A DNA stretch of 64,000 bases from Gammaproteobacteria bacterium (GCA_965277715.1 OZ255836.1:2880001-2944000), one strand, 5' to 3'; shown: positions 9,905 to 21,166, counted from the stretch's first letter. Notes: generated by a model not told the origin, from the sequence alone. Numbers and translations: made by a program.

Positions 9905-10123
9905 ATGCCAAACCCCAATACCGCTGAGAACACACAGCTAAACCAACCCAATGCCAACAACAGCCAGGCGATAACACACGCCGAATTACCCCTGCATTGC
10001 CCACTGCCGGATAGCAGCTTGTGGAACTCACATCCACGTGTATACGTGCCGCTGGAAGATGCTGCCGATGGCAAAGCCAAGTGCCCTTACTGTGGAACTG
10101 ATTTCCACCTTGTTGATGATTAG
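9905..10123 (+). CDS. Zinc-finger (zf-CHCC) protein
   Basis: LHCP...WNSHPRVY...CPYCG motif; typical position after ilvE. Confidence 0.88.
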   Translation: MPNPNTAENTQLNQPNANNSQAITHAELPLHCPLPDSSLWNSHPRVYVPLEDAADGKAKCPYCGTDFHLVDD

Positions 10124-10128
10124 TTGGT

Positions 10129-10860
10129 TTATGTGAGCGTCAGACTCTCTAAGTTCGAACCGCCCCCCCTTTTATACCCATTAAGCAACGCCCCCCACTC
10201 CACCCCATCAACATACCCACCACCCAAGGTGCATAACTTATCAAGAGAACGACGCAACCGGCGCAAATTAGCCTCCTGCCAACCGGTACGCGCACCATCA
10301 CGCAACCGACAATTATCAAAATCAATCAGATAAACCCTATCACCACTATCCAGCAAAATATTATTGGCATTCAAATCCACATGATCGACACCCGCCAAGT
10401 GAAAACGGCGGATAGTCGCACCGACCTGTGCAAAAACACTGGGCGACAAATGCGCTCCAGCCAAACGCTCACCGAGTGTTTCTGTATCATCAATATAATG
10501 AGTAATAATATCGCAGGTATACAACAACCCGCGTTTTTCAACGTGCGCCGCGTAAGCCCGTGGAGCGGGTAGCGCCCGCTTCTGTAAAAATGACAGCAAA
10601 CGGTATTCACGCCAGGCACGGGTGGATTCAATACCTGACCAACAGTACTTATCTGCATTAAACCGCGCCGGCAGACCACCACGGCAGTAGTGGCGCAACA
10701 CCAGGGCATCACTATTGCGCTGAAAAAAAACCACCTCACCACGCCCGGCCGGTTTTCGCCCGGTGACAACGCATTCGTTTGCGAGTTGCTGGGAATCAAA
10801 CAACGCCGCGCTGATATTATGGTCAGTATCAGCGAGAAAAAAATGCCTGGAATTTTGCAT
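10129..10860 (-). CDS. kdkA: 3-deoxy-D-manno-octulosonic acid (Kdo) kinase
   Basis: GRGEVVF, VLRHYCRGG, HVDLNANNIL, YLIDFD, ANLRRLRRSL. Confidence 0.9.
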   Translation of the reverse strand: MQNSRHFFLADTDHNISAALFDSQQLANECVVTGRKPAGRGEVVFFQRNSDALVLRHYCRGGLPARFNADKYCWSGIESTRAWREYRLLSFLQKRALPAPRAYAAHVEKRGLLYTCDIITHYIDDTETLGERLAGAHLSPSVFAQVGATIRRFHLAGVDHVDLNANNILLDSGDRVYLIDFDNCRLRDGARTGWQEANLRRLRRSLDKLCTLGGGYVDGVEWGALLNGYKRGGGSNLESLTLT

Positions 10861-10950
10861 ACGAAAGCGTCATCGCCATTTAACTGCGTATTGCAATTGT
10901 ACCCGGCTTGTATAGGATTACACTGCTTTCACTATCGATACCCTCCCGCA

Positions 10951-11997
10951 TTGACGACACCACCCGCCAGTATTTGCATTCTGCGCCTATCCGCGCTGGG
11001 TGATGTCAGCCACATCGTGCCCATTGTGCGCACCCTTCAACACCATTGGCCAAATACAAAAATCACCTGGATCATCGGCAAACTGGAACATACGCTGGTG
11101 GGCAATATAGCGGGTATTGAGTTTATCGTATGTGATAAATCCCAGGGTTGGGCGGCCAACAAGGCCGTTTGGCAGCACCTGCGTGGCAGACGTTTTGACG
11201 TGCTGTTGCTGATGCAGGCGGCATTGCGCGCCAGCGTGCTCTCGCTGGGCATTCGCGCACAATTGAAAATAGGCTTTGACCGTGCGCGTGCACGCGACTT
11301 TCAATGGCTGTTCAGCAACAAAAAGATTGCCGCCTGCAAACACCAGCATGTGCTCGATGGTTTCTTTGGGTTCCTGGAAACGCTGGGTTTGCAACAGCGG
11401 GTACTGCGCTGGGATATTCCCATCGATAACACAAGTATGCATTTCGCCAAAACCTGGCTTGGTGACAAGCCCATTTTACTGATCAACCCATGCAGTAGTG
11501 CGCGGGCGCACAATTTTCGCAACTGGCGGGCCGGGCGCTATGCGGCAGTAGCCGATTATGCTTACACGGCCTATGGCCTGCGTACCGTACTCACCGGCGG
11601 GCCTACAGAGAATGAACAAAGTATGGCCAATGCGATTGCCCGGGCCGCCCATGTTGAACTGATTGATTTGGTTGGCAAAACTACTATTCCACAACTGAAT
11701 GCGCTGGTAAACCACGCCCAAGTGGTTATCGCACCGGATACCGGCCCGGCACATATGGCCTCGGCGGCGGGCACGCCGGTAATTGGCCTTTACACCACCA
11801 GCAACCCAGGTCGAACAGGGCCGTACAATGCCACAGAATGGACAGTTAACCGCTACCCACAGGCGGTGCAGCAGTATCTGGGTAAACGCGTTGAGAATGT
11901 GCGCTGGGGTATACGCGTGCGCCATGCCGATGCTGTCGACCTGATTAGTGTCGATGATGTCATCGAACAACTTAATAAGATCATGGCAGTGGGCTGA
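10951..11997 (+). CDS. GT9 LPS heptosyltransferase (OpsX/WaaC-like); probable TTG start at 10951
   Basis: ICILRLSALGDV, PDTGPAHMASA, GTPVIGLY; divergent from kdkA. Confidence 0.85.
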   Translation: MTTPPASICILRLSALGDVSHIVPIVRTLQHHWPNTKITWIIGKLEHTLVGNIAGIEFIVCDKSQGWAANKAVWQHLRGRRFDVLLLMQAALRASVLSLGIRAQLKIGFDRARARDFQWLFSNKKIAACKHQHVLDGFFGFLETLGLQQRVLRWDIPIDNTSMHFAKTWLGDKPILLINPCSSARAHNFRNWRAGRYAAVADYAYTAYGLRTVLTGGPTENEQSMANAIARAAHVELIDLVGKTTIPQLNALVNHAQVVIAPDTGPAHMASAAGTPVIGLYTTSNPGRTGPYNATEWTVNRYPQAVQQYLGKRVENVRWGIRVRHADAVDLISVDDVIEQLNKIMAVG

Positions 11998-12027
11998 CGG
12001 TATTAGGCCGTCAGGTTATAATGCACA

Positions 12028-12075
12028 CTAGATCCCATGTATTGACTTGTGTGCAGGTCAATACATGATGTCTAG
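12028..12075. repeat. 48-bp palindromic repeat, family B copy 2 (opposite orientation to copy 1)
   Basis: CTAGATCCCATGTATTGACTTGTGTGCAGGTCAATACATGATGTCTAG. Confidence 0.85.
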
Positions 12076-12130
12076 GATCAGCTTAAGCTGGTAATCCTAA
12101 AGATCGCTCCTCTCACCTTTTGGATAAACA

Positions 12131-13081
12131 ATGTACGTAGTCACTGGCGGTGCTGGCTTTATTGGCAGCAATATAGTCAAAGGCCTCAATCAACGGGGAA
12201 TCGACGATATTCTCGTGGTGGACGATCTCAGTGAGGGCATTAAATGCCACAACCTGGCCGATTGTGATATCGCCGATTATATGGATAAAGACGTGTTTCT
12301 TGCCCGGATCAATAACGGTGGCAAACTGAATATGGAAATCAACGCCCTGTTTCACGAGGGTGCCTGCTCATCGACTACCGAATGGGATGGCAAATTTGTA
12401 ATGTCGACCAATTACGACTATTCCAAAGCGCTGTTACATTACTGCCTGGTACGGGGTATTCCATTCTCTTACGCTTCATCCGCCTCCGTGTACGGCAATG
12501 GGCCTGTCTTCACAGAATCGCGTGAGTTTGAGCAGCCATTGAATATGTACGCATTTTCAAAATTCCAGTTTGACCAATATGTGCGCCGCCGCCTGCCACA
12601 AATACGATCACAGGTGACGGGGTTTCGCTATTTCAATGTCTACGGCCCGCGTGAGGCGCACAAAGGCACTATGTCGAGCGTTGCCTACCACCTGCACAAA
12701 CAGATTCTGGCCGGTGAGCAACCCAAACTATTTGGCGCTTACGATGGCTATGAAGCCGGTGGCCAAAGCCGTGATTTTATCTACGTTGGCGATCTCGTCG
12801 ACGCCAAGCTGTGGTTTCTTGATCACGCAGATATTTCAGGTATATACAACCTGGGCACAGGCCGTGCCGAATCGTTTAAATCAATTGCGGAGACCGTCAT
12901 CGCCCACCACGGGCGCGGCCATATTGAATACATCGACTTTCCTGAACACCTCAAAGGCAGATACCAGAGCTTTACCCAGGCCGATATCAGTGCGTTGCGT
13001 GCCAGTGGTTGTGACACCGTGTTTAAGACAGTGAGCGAAGGTGTACGCACCTATATGGAATGGTTGGATAAGCATGGTTAG
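12131..13081 (+). CDS. hldD: ADP-L-glycero-D-manno-heptose 6-epimerase
   Basis: [48 protein letters not shown]. Confidence 0.96.
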   Translation: MYVVTGGAGFIGSNIVKGLNQRGIDDILVVDDLSEGIKCHNLADCDIADYMDKDVFLARINNGGKLNMEINALFHEGACSSTTEWDGKFVMSTNYDYSKALLHYCLVRGIPFSYASSASVYGNGPVFTESREFEQPLNMYAFSKFQFDQYVRRRLPQIRSQVTGFRYFNVYGPREAHKGTMSSVAYHLHKQILAGEQPKLFGAYDGYEAGGQSRDFIYVGDLVDAKLWFLDHADISGIYNLGTGRAESFKSIAETVIAHHGRGHIEYIDFPEHLKGRYQSFTQADISALRASGCDTVFKTVSEGVRTYMEWLDKHG

Positions 13082-14084
13082 CCACCTGGTTGTCGGTCCC
13101 TCCTGGGTCGGTGACATGGTGATGGCACAAAGCTTGTTTATCACGCTGCAACAACGTGACCCCAATACACTTATCGACGTGCTGGCGCCCACCTGGTCTT
13201 TGCCAATACTGGCGCGCATGCCACAAGTGCGCCGCGCCATCCCGCTGACAATTAAACACGGTGAATGGAGTTTTTTTGCCAGGCGCCAGCTAGGGTATTC
13301 GCTGCGCGCTACAGGCTACGATAAAGCCATCGTATTGCCGCGCTCCTGGAAGTCAGCACTGGTGCCTTTTTTTGCCAAAATTGCCACACGTACAGGCTTT
13401 CGTGGTGAACAACGTTACGGCCTGCTAACCGACTGTAGACAGCTTGACAAACAAGTACTCGACCAAACCGTTAAACGTTTCGTCTCCCTGGGCCTGCCCG
13501 CCAACGAAGCATACCCACCCGCCACTATTCCCTCACCAGCATTACATGTTGATACCGGCAACCAGGCCAAATGCTACCAACAATTTGCCCTGCCAACCGA
13601 AACAGCCGCCGTGGCGATTATGCCAGGGGCCGAATACGGGCCAGCCAAACAATGGCCGCTGTCACACTACCGCCAATTGGCCGCGCACCTACTTGAGCAA
13701 GGCTATCAGGTATGGGTATTGGGTGGCGGGGCAGACCACAGCGATGGGGAAATCATCGCGCAACAACTCCCTGGGCCAGTTTTTAATCTATGCGGCAAAA
13801 CAAACCTGGCCGATGTTGTAGACTTAATTGCAGCAGCTAAATTTGCAGTGTGCAACGATTCGGGGTTGATGCATATTGCCGCCGCAGTGGGCACACCTAT
13901 CCATGCACTATACGGTTCGACCAGTGCGGCCTACACCCCCCCACTGAGCAAACAGGCGACAATACATTCACTCAACCTTGACTGTTCGCCGTGTTTTGCC
14001 CGCCAATGCCGTTACGGACACTATAATTGCCTGCGCCAGTTGCAACCCAATCAGTTAATTGATGCACTGCCAGCCAAGGGCTAA
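13074..14084 (+). CDS. waaF: LPS heptosyltransferase II
   Basis: [38 protein letters not shown]. Confidence 0.93.
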   Translation: MVSHLVVGPSWVGDMVMAQSLFITLQQRDPNTLIDVLAPTWSLPILARMPQVRRAIPLTIKHGEWSFFARRQLGYSLRATGYDKAIVLPRSWKSALVPFFAKIATRTGFRGEQRYGLLTDCRQLDKQVLDQTVKRFVSLGLPANEAYPPATIPSPALHVDTGNQAKCYQQFALPTETAAVAIMPGAEYGPAKQWPLSHYRQLAAHLLEQGYQVWVLGGGADHSDGEIIAQQLPGPVFNLCGKTNLADVVDLIAAAKFAVCNDSGLMHIAAAVGTPIHALYGSTSAAYTPPLSKQATIHSLNLDCSPCFARQCRYGHYNCLRQLQPNQLIDALPAKG

Positions 14085-14097
14085 GCGACGAGTAACC

Positions 14098-14877
14098 ATG
14101 CCGACCCTCTCCATCGTACTGATTATTAAGGATGAATCGAAAAACATTGAAGCCTGCCTGGCAACCGCTGGCTTTGCCGATGAAATCGTCGTGGTCGATG
14201 CGGGCTCAACAGATGACTCTCTCGCACTCTCATCCCAATTTACCGACGCTGTTTTCACCGAAAAAGACTGGCAGGGTTACGGTATACAACGTCAGCGGGC
14301 GCAGGCTTATGCCAAGAGTGATTGGGTGCTTATGCTCGATGCGGATGAGCGAATCACCTCAGCCTTGCGACAATCGATCATCCAGGCGGTGCAGGAAAAT
14401 GATCAAAACTGTGTGTATGCCGTTGCCCGGCTCTCTTACTGCTTTGGTCGTTTTATCCGGCATAGCGGCTGGTACCCCGACACGGTGGCGCGGCTCTACC
14501 CGCGCTTGAAAGCCGCCTACAACGCATCAATGGTGCATGAAAAGCTGGTTTACCCCAGCAGCTTAAAACAATACACATTGAAAGGTGATTTACACCACTA
14601 CACCTACCGCGACTTACACCACTACCTGGTAAAGTCAGCGGGCTATGCACAAGCGTGGTCAGCACAACGCCACGCACAGGGGCGGCGGGCCACATTGCGA
14701 CAGGGCGTGCTGCACGCTATCGCTTGTTTTATCAAAATGTACTTACTGCGTGCGGGGTTCCTCGATGGCAGGCAGGGATTGTTATTAGCATTGCTTTCCA
14801 GCCATTCAACCTTTGCAAAGTATGCAGCCCTGTGGGAGCGCGCACAGAAACCGAGCGAAGCCGGTGAAGATTCTTGA
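14098..14877 (+). CDS. GT2 LPS core glycosyltransferase (WaaE/KdtX/LgtF-like)
   Basis: EIVVVDAGSTD, GYGIQRQRA, LDADE, RHSGWYPD, GFLDGRQG. Confidence 0.88.
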   Translation: MPTLSIVLIIKDESKNIEACLATAGFADEIVVVDAGSTDDSLALSSQFTDAVFTEKDWQGYGIQRQRAQAYAKSDWVLMLDADERITSALRQSIIQAVQENDQNCVYAVARLSYCFGRFIRHSGWYPDTVARLYPRLKAAYNASMVHEKLVYPSSLKQYTLKGDLHHYTYRDLHHYLVKSAGYAQAWSAQRHAQGRRATLRQGVLHAIACFIKMYLLRAGFLDGRQGLLLALLSSHSTFAKYAALWERAQKPSEAGEDS

Positions 14878-15985
14878 GCTGTGCCTCTCGCCGGGTATCG
14901 GCGGGCTGGAAATGTATGCGGTTAAGTGCTGCGCATCGCTAGGTCATAAAAATACTGTCCTGGCCGTCACCGCCAGCCGGGGAATGGTTTATAGCGGTGT
15001 GACAAAACTGTCTGCCTGGCACACCACACTCAACCCGTTTGTACGCAAACTCCCCCTTTACAGCGCGTATTGTCTGGCGAAAATAATTGACCGGGAATCG
15101 GTCGACATCATCCATATACACTGGAACAAAGATTTGCCACTGGCGTCGCTGGCAAAACGCCTTTCAAAACGCAAACCGCGTTTAGTCGTTTCCAGGCATA
15201 TGAAAATCACACGCAGCAAACGGGATGTTTACCACCGGTTTATGTATAACCCCATCGATTTGATACTCAACGTCACCCGAACCCTTGCAGAAGTTGCCGT
15301 GCAAAAACTACCTGTCACCGATGCGGCCAAGTCACATTATCTCTATTTGGGTGTGGAAGCGCCTCGTCAACTACTGGATAAAACACAGATTGGCCAGCAC
15401 CGTGAAAAGTTAGGTATTGGCAGAGAAAAATTTGTTGTCGGTGTATTTGGCCGTATCGAGGCATATAAAGCACAGCACCTGTTAATCCAGGCAGCGGCAC
15501 CACTGATTGAGCAGAATCACCCCATTCACTTAATGGTAATAGGGTCTGCGATGGATAGCGACTACCTGCAATCACTACACACTATGGCGAAAGCGTTAAA
15601 TATCCACAAAAACATTTTATTCCACGATTTTGTCGAAGACCCACAAACCTGGATGCAGCTTTGTGATTGTGTGGTACTAACCACCATCGAAGAAACGTTT
15701 GGCCTGGTATTGATTGAAGCGATGCGTTCCGGGGTGTGTGTATTGGGCAGTAACCGTGGTGGTGTATTGGAAATTATTCAGCATGGGGAAAATGGGCTGT
15801 TATTTGAATCGGGGAGCAGTGCCGATTTAAGCAGTCAATTGGCATCTCTGGTAAAAGACAAAAATTTACATTTTACCCTCTCTGAAAAGGGTAAAGTTTT
15901 TGCCGATAAACACTTTGACCAAAGAAAACACTTTGATAAATTAGAGAATATATTCGTTAATTTACTGCAAAAACAGCAACCGTAA
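14864..15985 (+). CDS. GT4 glycosyltransferase
   Basis: GGLEMY N-terminus and ETFGLVLIEAM motif; GTG start at 14864 overlaps the previous gene. Confidence 0.88.
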   Translation: MKILELCLSPGIGGLEMYAVKCCASLGHKNTVLAVTASRGMVYSGVTKLSAWHTTLNPFVRKLPLYSAYCLAKIIDRESVDIIHIHWNKDLPLASLAKRLSKRKPRLVVSRHMKITRSKRDVYHRFMYNPIDLILNVTRTLAEVAVQKLPVTDAAKSHYLYLGVEAPRQLLDKTQIGQHREKLGIGREKFVVGVFGRIEAYKAQHLLIQAAAPLIEQNHPIHLMVIGSAMDSDYLQSLHTMAKALNIHKNILFHDFVEDPQTWMQLCDCVVLTTIEETFGLVLIEAMRSGVCVLGSNRGGVLEIIQHGENGLLFESGSSADLSSQLASLVKDKNLHFTLSEKGKVFADKHFDQRKHFDKLENIFVNLLQKQQP

Positions 15986-16005
15986 AGAATTCTTATTTAA
16001 CGCAG

Positions 16006-17055
16006 ATGAAAATACTTTTTGTCGACAACAAGTCGTCTGAAAACTACGATTTTAGCTATATACAGTCAAATTCACTTGGGGGCACTGAATCTACTGTATT
16101 GAAAATTGCACGGGAACTGGCGAAGGAACACCAGGTAACGATTTCGCAAATTAACCGAACCACCGACCACCAGGAACAAGGTGTACGCTTTATTCATCGA
16201 CAACAAGGGCTAGCAGAGTCTACCGCGCCCGATAAAATAATCATCTTAAGAAAGTACAGATTGCTGACACAATACCGTACTGCATACCCTAATGCGCAGC
16301 TATTTGTCTGGATTCACAATTTTCAGAAGTATGAATCACTGGCAAAAAGACAGATAATACTCAATGCAAATGCGCACATTATTTGTGTTTCAAAGTACCA
16401 TAAACAGCACACCCATAAAATTTTAAATGGATGGTTATCGTGGGTAGTCCGGCTGGTAACACTGAAATTTAAAGACGTACCCACTACCACAATATACAAC
16501 CCGGTGGACGAGGCATTTACCCAGAGTAATGTCGCGGTAGACCCGAATAAATTATTTTTTTTCAGCACGATAAACAAAGGGTTACCACAGGTGCTTGAGC
16601 ATTTCCAAAAACTGCTTCAGCAAGCGCCAGACTACACACTTTACATTGCCGGGGCAACGGCTCAACAGCTTTATAGCGCGGATCTCGACAAAGAAATGCT
16701 CAATTCAGCTTCAGTGGTGATTTTGGGAAAAATCCCAAAACAGGCTCTCATCGATCATTTACGTAGCGCATTTTGCGTTTTTTACCCACAGAACATTCAC
16801 CCGGAAACGTTTGGTTTAATTTATATTGAGGCCAATTGTGTAGGTACTCCTGTATTGGCACACCCATTTGGTGCCGCCGCTGAAATACTCGACGACACAG
16901 ATCAGCTTGTAGATGCGAACAATACCTCCGCCGTTACTGGTAAACTATTGAGCTGGAAAAAAAATGGAAGACCGCGTGTTAACTGCCAACAACGGTTTCA
17001 ACTGCCCGGTATAATTGCGCGTTGGAAAACACTGCTTGGACTACACAATGACTAA
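16006..17055 (+). CDS. GT4-like glycosyltransferase
   Basis: LGGTES N-terminus and ETFGLIYIEANCVGTPV. Confidence 0.82.
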   Translation: MKILFVDNKSSENYDFSYIQSNSLGGTESTVLKIARELAKEHQVTISQINRTTDHQEQGVRFIHRQQGLAESTAPDKIIILRKYRLLTQYRTAYPNAQLFVWIHNFQKYESLAKRQIILNANAHIICVSKYHKQHTHKILNGWLSWVVRLVTLKFKDVPTTTIYNPVDEAFTQSNVAVDPNKLFFFSTINKGLPQVLEHFQKLLQQAPDYTLYIAGATAQQLYSADLDKEMLNSASVVILGKIPKQALIDHLRSAFCVFYPQNIHPETFGLIYIEANCVGTPVLAHPFGAAAEILDDTDQLVDANNTSAVTGKLLSWKKNGRPRVNCQQRFQLPGIIARWKTLLGLHND

Positions 17056-18115
17056 AAAATCAATGCGTATTCTAGTCGTTCGCAACGATAAACTGGGTGA
17101 TTTTATGTTGGTATGGCCCGCATTGGCCTTACTCAAACGCTATTTTCCAGAGGCGCATATTATTGCACTAGTACCTGAATATACTGCGCCTATTGCTACA
17201 CTTTGTCCCTCTATCGACGAGCTGTTGATTGAACCTGAAGACTGTGGTGTTTTCACATTGTCTACGCTATTTAAAGGTGCAAAATTAGATGCTGCTTTAG
17301 TTTTTTTTTCCACGGCGCGCATTGCATTCGCCAGCTTATTGTCAGGCGTGCCTTACCGGCTTGCACCTGCAACTAAAATTATACAATATCTCTACAATCA
17401 TCGATTGGTGCAGAGGCGTTCACACTCTAAAAAACCAGAGTATCTTTATAACCTGGAGCTTGCCGCTCAGCTTTTAATCGATTTTAATCAGTTATCAGAT
17501 AAATTTTCTTTTGCTGGCAAAAATGATGACTACCTACCAACTGAAATCAGCCGCCCTTTTCTGGCATTTAATAATGATCTAGAGCGTATGAAATGTATTT
17601 TTCTGAAAGAGCACAAACTCTCAGAGCAAACAAAGCTGATTTTTATTCACCCGGGAAGCGGCGGCTCTGCAGCAAACCTAACAATTGGTCAGTATGCGCA
17701 CCTTGCTGACGCAATCGTTAATCAACTCGCGAAAAAACAAATAACCGCCTCTATTGTAATATGTGCGGGTCCTAATGAAATGAAACAGGCCGAAGCGATG
17801 CAGGCACAACTCGCGGCAGTGACGCCATCCTGCCTATATCATTCGACAGAAGGGCTTCGGCGGTTTGCAGAAACATTAGAAATAGCGGATGTATTTATCA
17901 GTGGATCTACTGGCGTGTTGCATATCGCGGGGGCGCTCGATATTTTTAATGTCGGCTTCTACCCAACAAAACGCTCGTCGAGCGCACTCAGATGGCAAAC
18001 GCTTGGCAACCCTGAAAATGGCCTGGCGTTCACTTTGCCTGAAAATGGCAGCAACTTGGCCAATAGAACACTTGATAAAAATGGTATTGTGCAAGTAATA
18101 ATAAATAAATTCTGA
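17048..18115 (+). CDS. GT9 glycosyltransferase
   Basis: ILVVRNDKLGDFML, HPGSGGSA, STGVLHIAGAL. Confidence 0.87.
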   Translation: MTKKSMRILVVRNDKLGDFMLVWPALALLKRYFPEAHIIALVPEYTAPIATLCPSIDELLIEPEDCGVFTLSTLFKGAKLDAALVFFSTARIAFASLLSGVPYRLAPATKIIQYLYNHRLVQRRSHSKKPEYLYNLELAAQLLIDFNQLSDKFSFAGKNDDYLPTEISRPFLAFNNDLERMKCIFLKEHKLSEQTKLIFIHPGSGGSAANLTIGQYAHLADAIVNQLAKKQITASIVICAGPNEMKQAEAMQAQLAAVTPSCLYHSTEGLRRFAETLEIADVFISGSTGVLHIAGALDIFNVGFYPTKRSSSALRWQTLGNPENGLAFTLPENGSNLANRTLDKNGIVQVIINKF

Positions 18116-18139
18116 CTGCCAAAACCCCCCATATTTATG

Positions 18140-19396
18140 CTATTCAATGATTTTATCACTCTCACTTTCTCTGACCGTATCGCACACTGTGCATGCTAGG
18201 TACACCAATACAAATGCGATGTAGTTACCTTTTATAATTGGTGAAGACTCAAACAACCCAGCAACGAAGAAAGCAACCACTACTATAATCATAGAATTTG
18301 ATGCATATACACCTTTTCGAAAGTGAACGAAGAGACGATAAAACAGATAAACAAACAAAGACAATAAAATTGATAACCCAATAACTCCTTTGGATACCAT
18401 ACTCTCAATAAAAATATTGTGGGGATGCCCATGCGTGGCCGCCACAGGATTTACCTGTCCAGTATCGACATATTGCTTTACCACATAAGGATAACCGCCT
18501 CTTCCAACACCGAACAACACATTATCAGAAAATATCTGATAGGCAGCATGCCATAGTGCAATTCGCTGTTTGGTGCTGGCTCCTTTTCCATGTATATCCA
18601 TATCTAAATTAGATATGTTATCAGCGCTAATGATCTCATCAAAAGCGACAACAACACGGTCAACCCCATACGTAACTCTCGGGGCGTATTGATATGAAAG
18701 AAATAAGGCACATATAAGTAAAGCAAATATGCTTATTTTTATCTTACTATTATTCAGTAATAAAAATATTGTCGTAACAGACAGTGTGACAATTAAAATA
18801 TAAGCGCTTCTGGTTGTAGAAAGATAAGCAGCATAAAGACCAAAAGGGATGCTGATTAGCGAAAGGTTTGCCCAAAACTTAGAATCTTTTATTAGGTGAT
18901 AGCTATTAATTATGAAAAAAACCATAATGCTGGTAACAGGGCCAAGTAACAATGAACTATAGGCTCCAGTAGCTCTCGGAAGGTCCATAATATAGATCTC
19001 ATAACAGGCAATCCAAAATACTAATAAAATGCTTAATACTGAACCCTTCACTAAAGGTCTTATCAAATCTCCTGTGTTTTTTAACAAAAAATATAACGGT
19101 ATAAATAACAAAAACCGGATTTCATCTTCAATAAAGCGAATATGCAAACTATCCCAATTATTAGCACGAAAACTTAATAGAAATGAAAAGAAAAACAATG
19201 CCATCAACAAGAGAACAGTTTTCTCTTCCCGGAAAAGTTTTATTGAAGTGATATTTCTACGAAAATAAAATATCGCCAATAGGCACAATAAGACAAAAAA
19301 ACCGGAAGACCAGTGCCTTACTGTAGTTAATCCTATAGGAAATAGAAATAATATTGCCCTGGTAGTTGTTGTTAAGGAAATTGCCGACTCTTTCAT
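18140..19396 (-). CDS. waaL: O-antigen ligase family protein
   Basis: Polytopic membrane protein with STTRSAY, RIALW, FGVGRG and HPHNIF (Wzy_C signature); AT-rich. Confidence 0.85.
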   Translation of the reverse strand: MKESAISLTTTTRAILFLFPIGLTTVRHWSSGFFVLLCLLAIFYFRRNITSIKLFREEKTVLLLMALFFFSFLLSFRANNWDSLHIRFIEDEIRFLLFIPLYFLLKNTGDLIRPLVKGSVLSILLVFWIACYEIYIMDLPRATGAYSSLLLGPVTSIMVFFIINSYHLIKDSKFWANLSLISIPFGLYAAYLSTTRSAYILIVTLSVTTIFLLLNNSKIKISIFALLICALFLSYQYAPRVTYGVDRVVVAFDEIISADNISNLDMDIHGKGASTKQRIALWHAAYQIFSDNVLFGVGRGGYPYVVKQYVDTGQVNPVAATHGHPHNIFIESMVSKGVIGLSILLSLFVYLFYRLFVHFRKGVYASNSMIIVVVAFFVAGLFESSPIIKGNYIAFVLVYLACTVCDTVRESESDKIIE

Positions 19397-19708
19397 AATA
19401 GGGCTTGTTGGTTAGATCTATTAGGTAATTTCTGCACAACTCAGTAGTGCACGCATTGAAAACATCCATTTTTTGGATGCAGAAAAAAATACAATTGATT
19501 AAAGAATAACAAAGGAGGAGTAAGGATAAGTGTTCTTTTGTCGATAATCAACTGCGGTTATAGATTCGACCTGCGCCGGTCAATTTGAACTTCTAAACCT
19601 GAGTGAGTATCATCCAATTCGATCCTTCATCCGACACACTCAACGGTAGTTTGAACATTTCATTGATGCGCTCCATGATTCCCCTCTCACTTAGGTCACT
19701 GCAAGACT

Positions 19709-21136
19709 ATGACGATCCAAATTCCTGAGTTTGCCCACGCCCGCGTGTTGGTGGTGGGTGACGTGATGCTTGATCGCTACTGGAGTGGTCCCTGCTCGCG
19801 TATATCACCTGAAGCACCCGTCCCCGTGGTTAAAATCCAGCGACAGGAAGACCGGCCGGGCGGTGCCGCCAACGTCGCATTGAATATTGCCAATCTGGGC
19901 GGTCAAGTGCGTTTAATCGGCCTGGTCGGTACTGACGAAGCCGCAAAATCACTGCAAGATCAACTGCGTGGCGACGGTGTTGACTGTGATTTTGTTGAAG
20001 TCGAAGGCGCTTCAACCGTTACCAAACTCCGCACCCTGGCACACAATCAACAATTGCTACGCCTGGATTTTGAAGATGGCTTCGCCGCGTTCTCTCTGCC
20101 AACACTTGCGGGAAAAGTTGAACAGGCGATTAGCCATTGCGATGTGCTGGTGCTATCAGATTACGACAAGGGGGCGTTACGCGATGTGCAGGGACTGATA
20201 GACATGGCACGCAAACAGCACGTGCCCGTTATTGTCGACCCCAAGGGAAATGACTTTTCCCGCTATCGGGGGGCGACTGTTATCACCCCCAATTTCAGTG
20301 AATTTGAAGCCGTTGTCGGGCACTGTAGTGATGAGCCGACCATTGCGCATTACGCTGAATCACTGTGCAGGCAACTTGAGCTGCAGGCTCTACTGGTTAC
20401 CCGCAGTGATAAAGGCATGAGCCTATACGAAAGAGGGCGATCAGCATTACATCAACCAACCCATGCCCGCGAGATTTACGATGTAACCGGTGCGGGCGAT
20501 ACGGTGATTGCAACATTGGCGGCTGTTTTAGCCACAGGCGCCGATCTGGAACAAGCCATGTTACTGGCCAATTGTGCCGCCGGGGTCGTGGTGGGTAAAC
20601 TGGGAACGGCTACACTCAATGCAGCAGAACTGCGCTCGGCAACATTGACCCATAAGCCGCTGGATCGCGGTGTTGTCAACCAGGAAACATTGCTAACCTT
20701 AATACAACAGGCCCGTGATGCAGGTGAGCGGATTGTGATGACTAACGGTTGTTTTGATATTTTACACGCCGGCCATGTCGCTTACCTGGCACGCGCCCGT
20801 GAACTGGGCCAGCGTTTAATCGTTGCCGTTAACGATGACGATTCGGTGCGTCGGCTCAAAGGCCCTGAACGCCCTGTTAACCCGATTGATCTGCGCATGG
20901 CTGTTCTCAGCGGCCTTGAATCGGTGGATTGGGTTTTATCCTATTCAGAAGATACGCCTGCCCGCTTAATCGAATACCTGCTACCCGATGTATTGGTCAA
21001 AGGGGGTGATTGGGCGGTGAAGGATATTGTCGGACACGACACTGTGACAGCCAATGGTGGCGAGGTACACTCATTGGCATTTCTTGATGGTTGCTCGACC
21101 AGCGAAATTATCGATACGATTCGCAAGCCGCGTTAA
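19709..21136 (+). CDS. hldE: Bifunctional heptose 7-phosphate kinase / heptose 1-phosphate adenylyltransferase
   Basis: GDVMLDRY, RISPEAPVPV, DVTGAGDT, TNGCFDILHAGH. Confidence 0.97.
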   Translation: MTIQIPEFAHARVLVVGDVMLDRYWSGPCSRISPEAPVPVVKIQRQEDRPGGAANVALNIANLGGQVRLIGLVGTDEAAKSLQDQLRGDGVDCDFVEVEGASTVTKLRTLAHNQQLLRLDFEDGFAAFSLPTLAGKVEQAISHCDVLVLSDYDKGALRDVQGLIDMARKQHVPVIVDPKGNDFSRYRGATVITPNFSEFEAVVGHCSDEPTIAHYAESLCRQLELQALLVTRSDKGMSLYERGRSALHQPTHAREIYDVTGAGDTVIATLAAVLATGADLEQAMLLANCAAGVVVGKLGTATLNAAELRSATLTHKPLDRGVVNQETLLTLIQQARDAGERIVMTNGCFDILHAGHVAYLARARELGQRLIVAVNDDDSVRRLKGPERPVNPIDLRMAVLSGLESVDWVLSYSEDTPARLIEYLLPDVLVKGGDWAVKDIVGHDTVTANGGEVHSLAFLDGCSTSEIIDTIRKPR

Positions 21137-21166
21137 TCAATGTTGTCCATCCACTGATTGCCAAGG

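Noticed and set aside
10690-10950. N-terminal extension of the GT9 ORF overlapping kdkA
   Set aside because: Homology begins near TTG 10951; the extension is antisense to kdkA.
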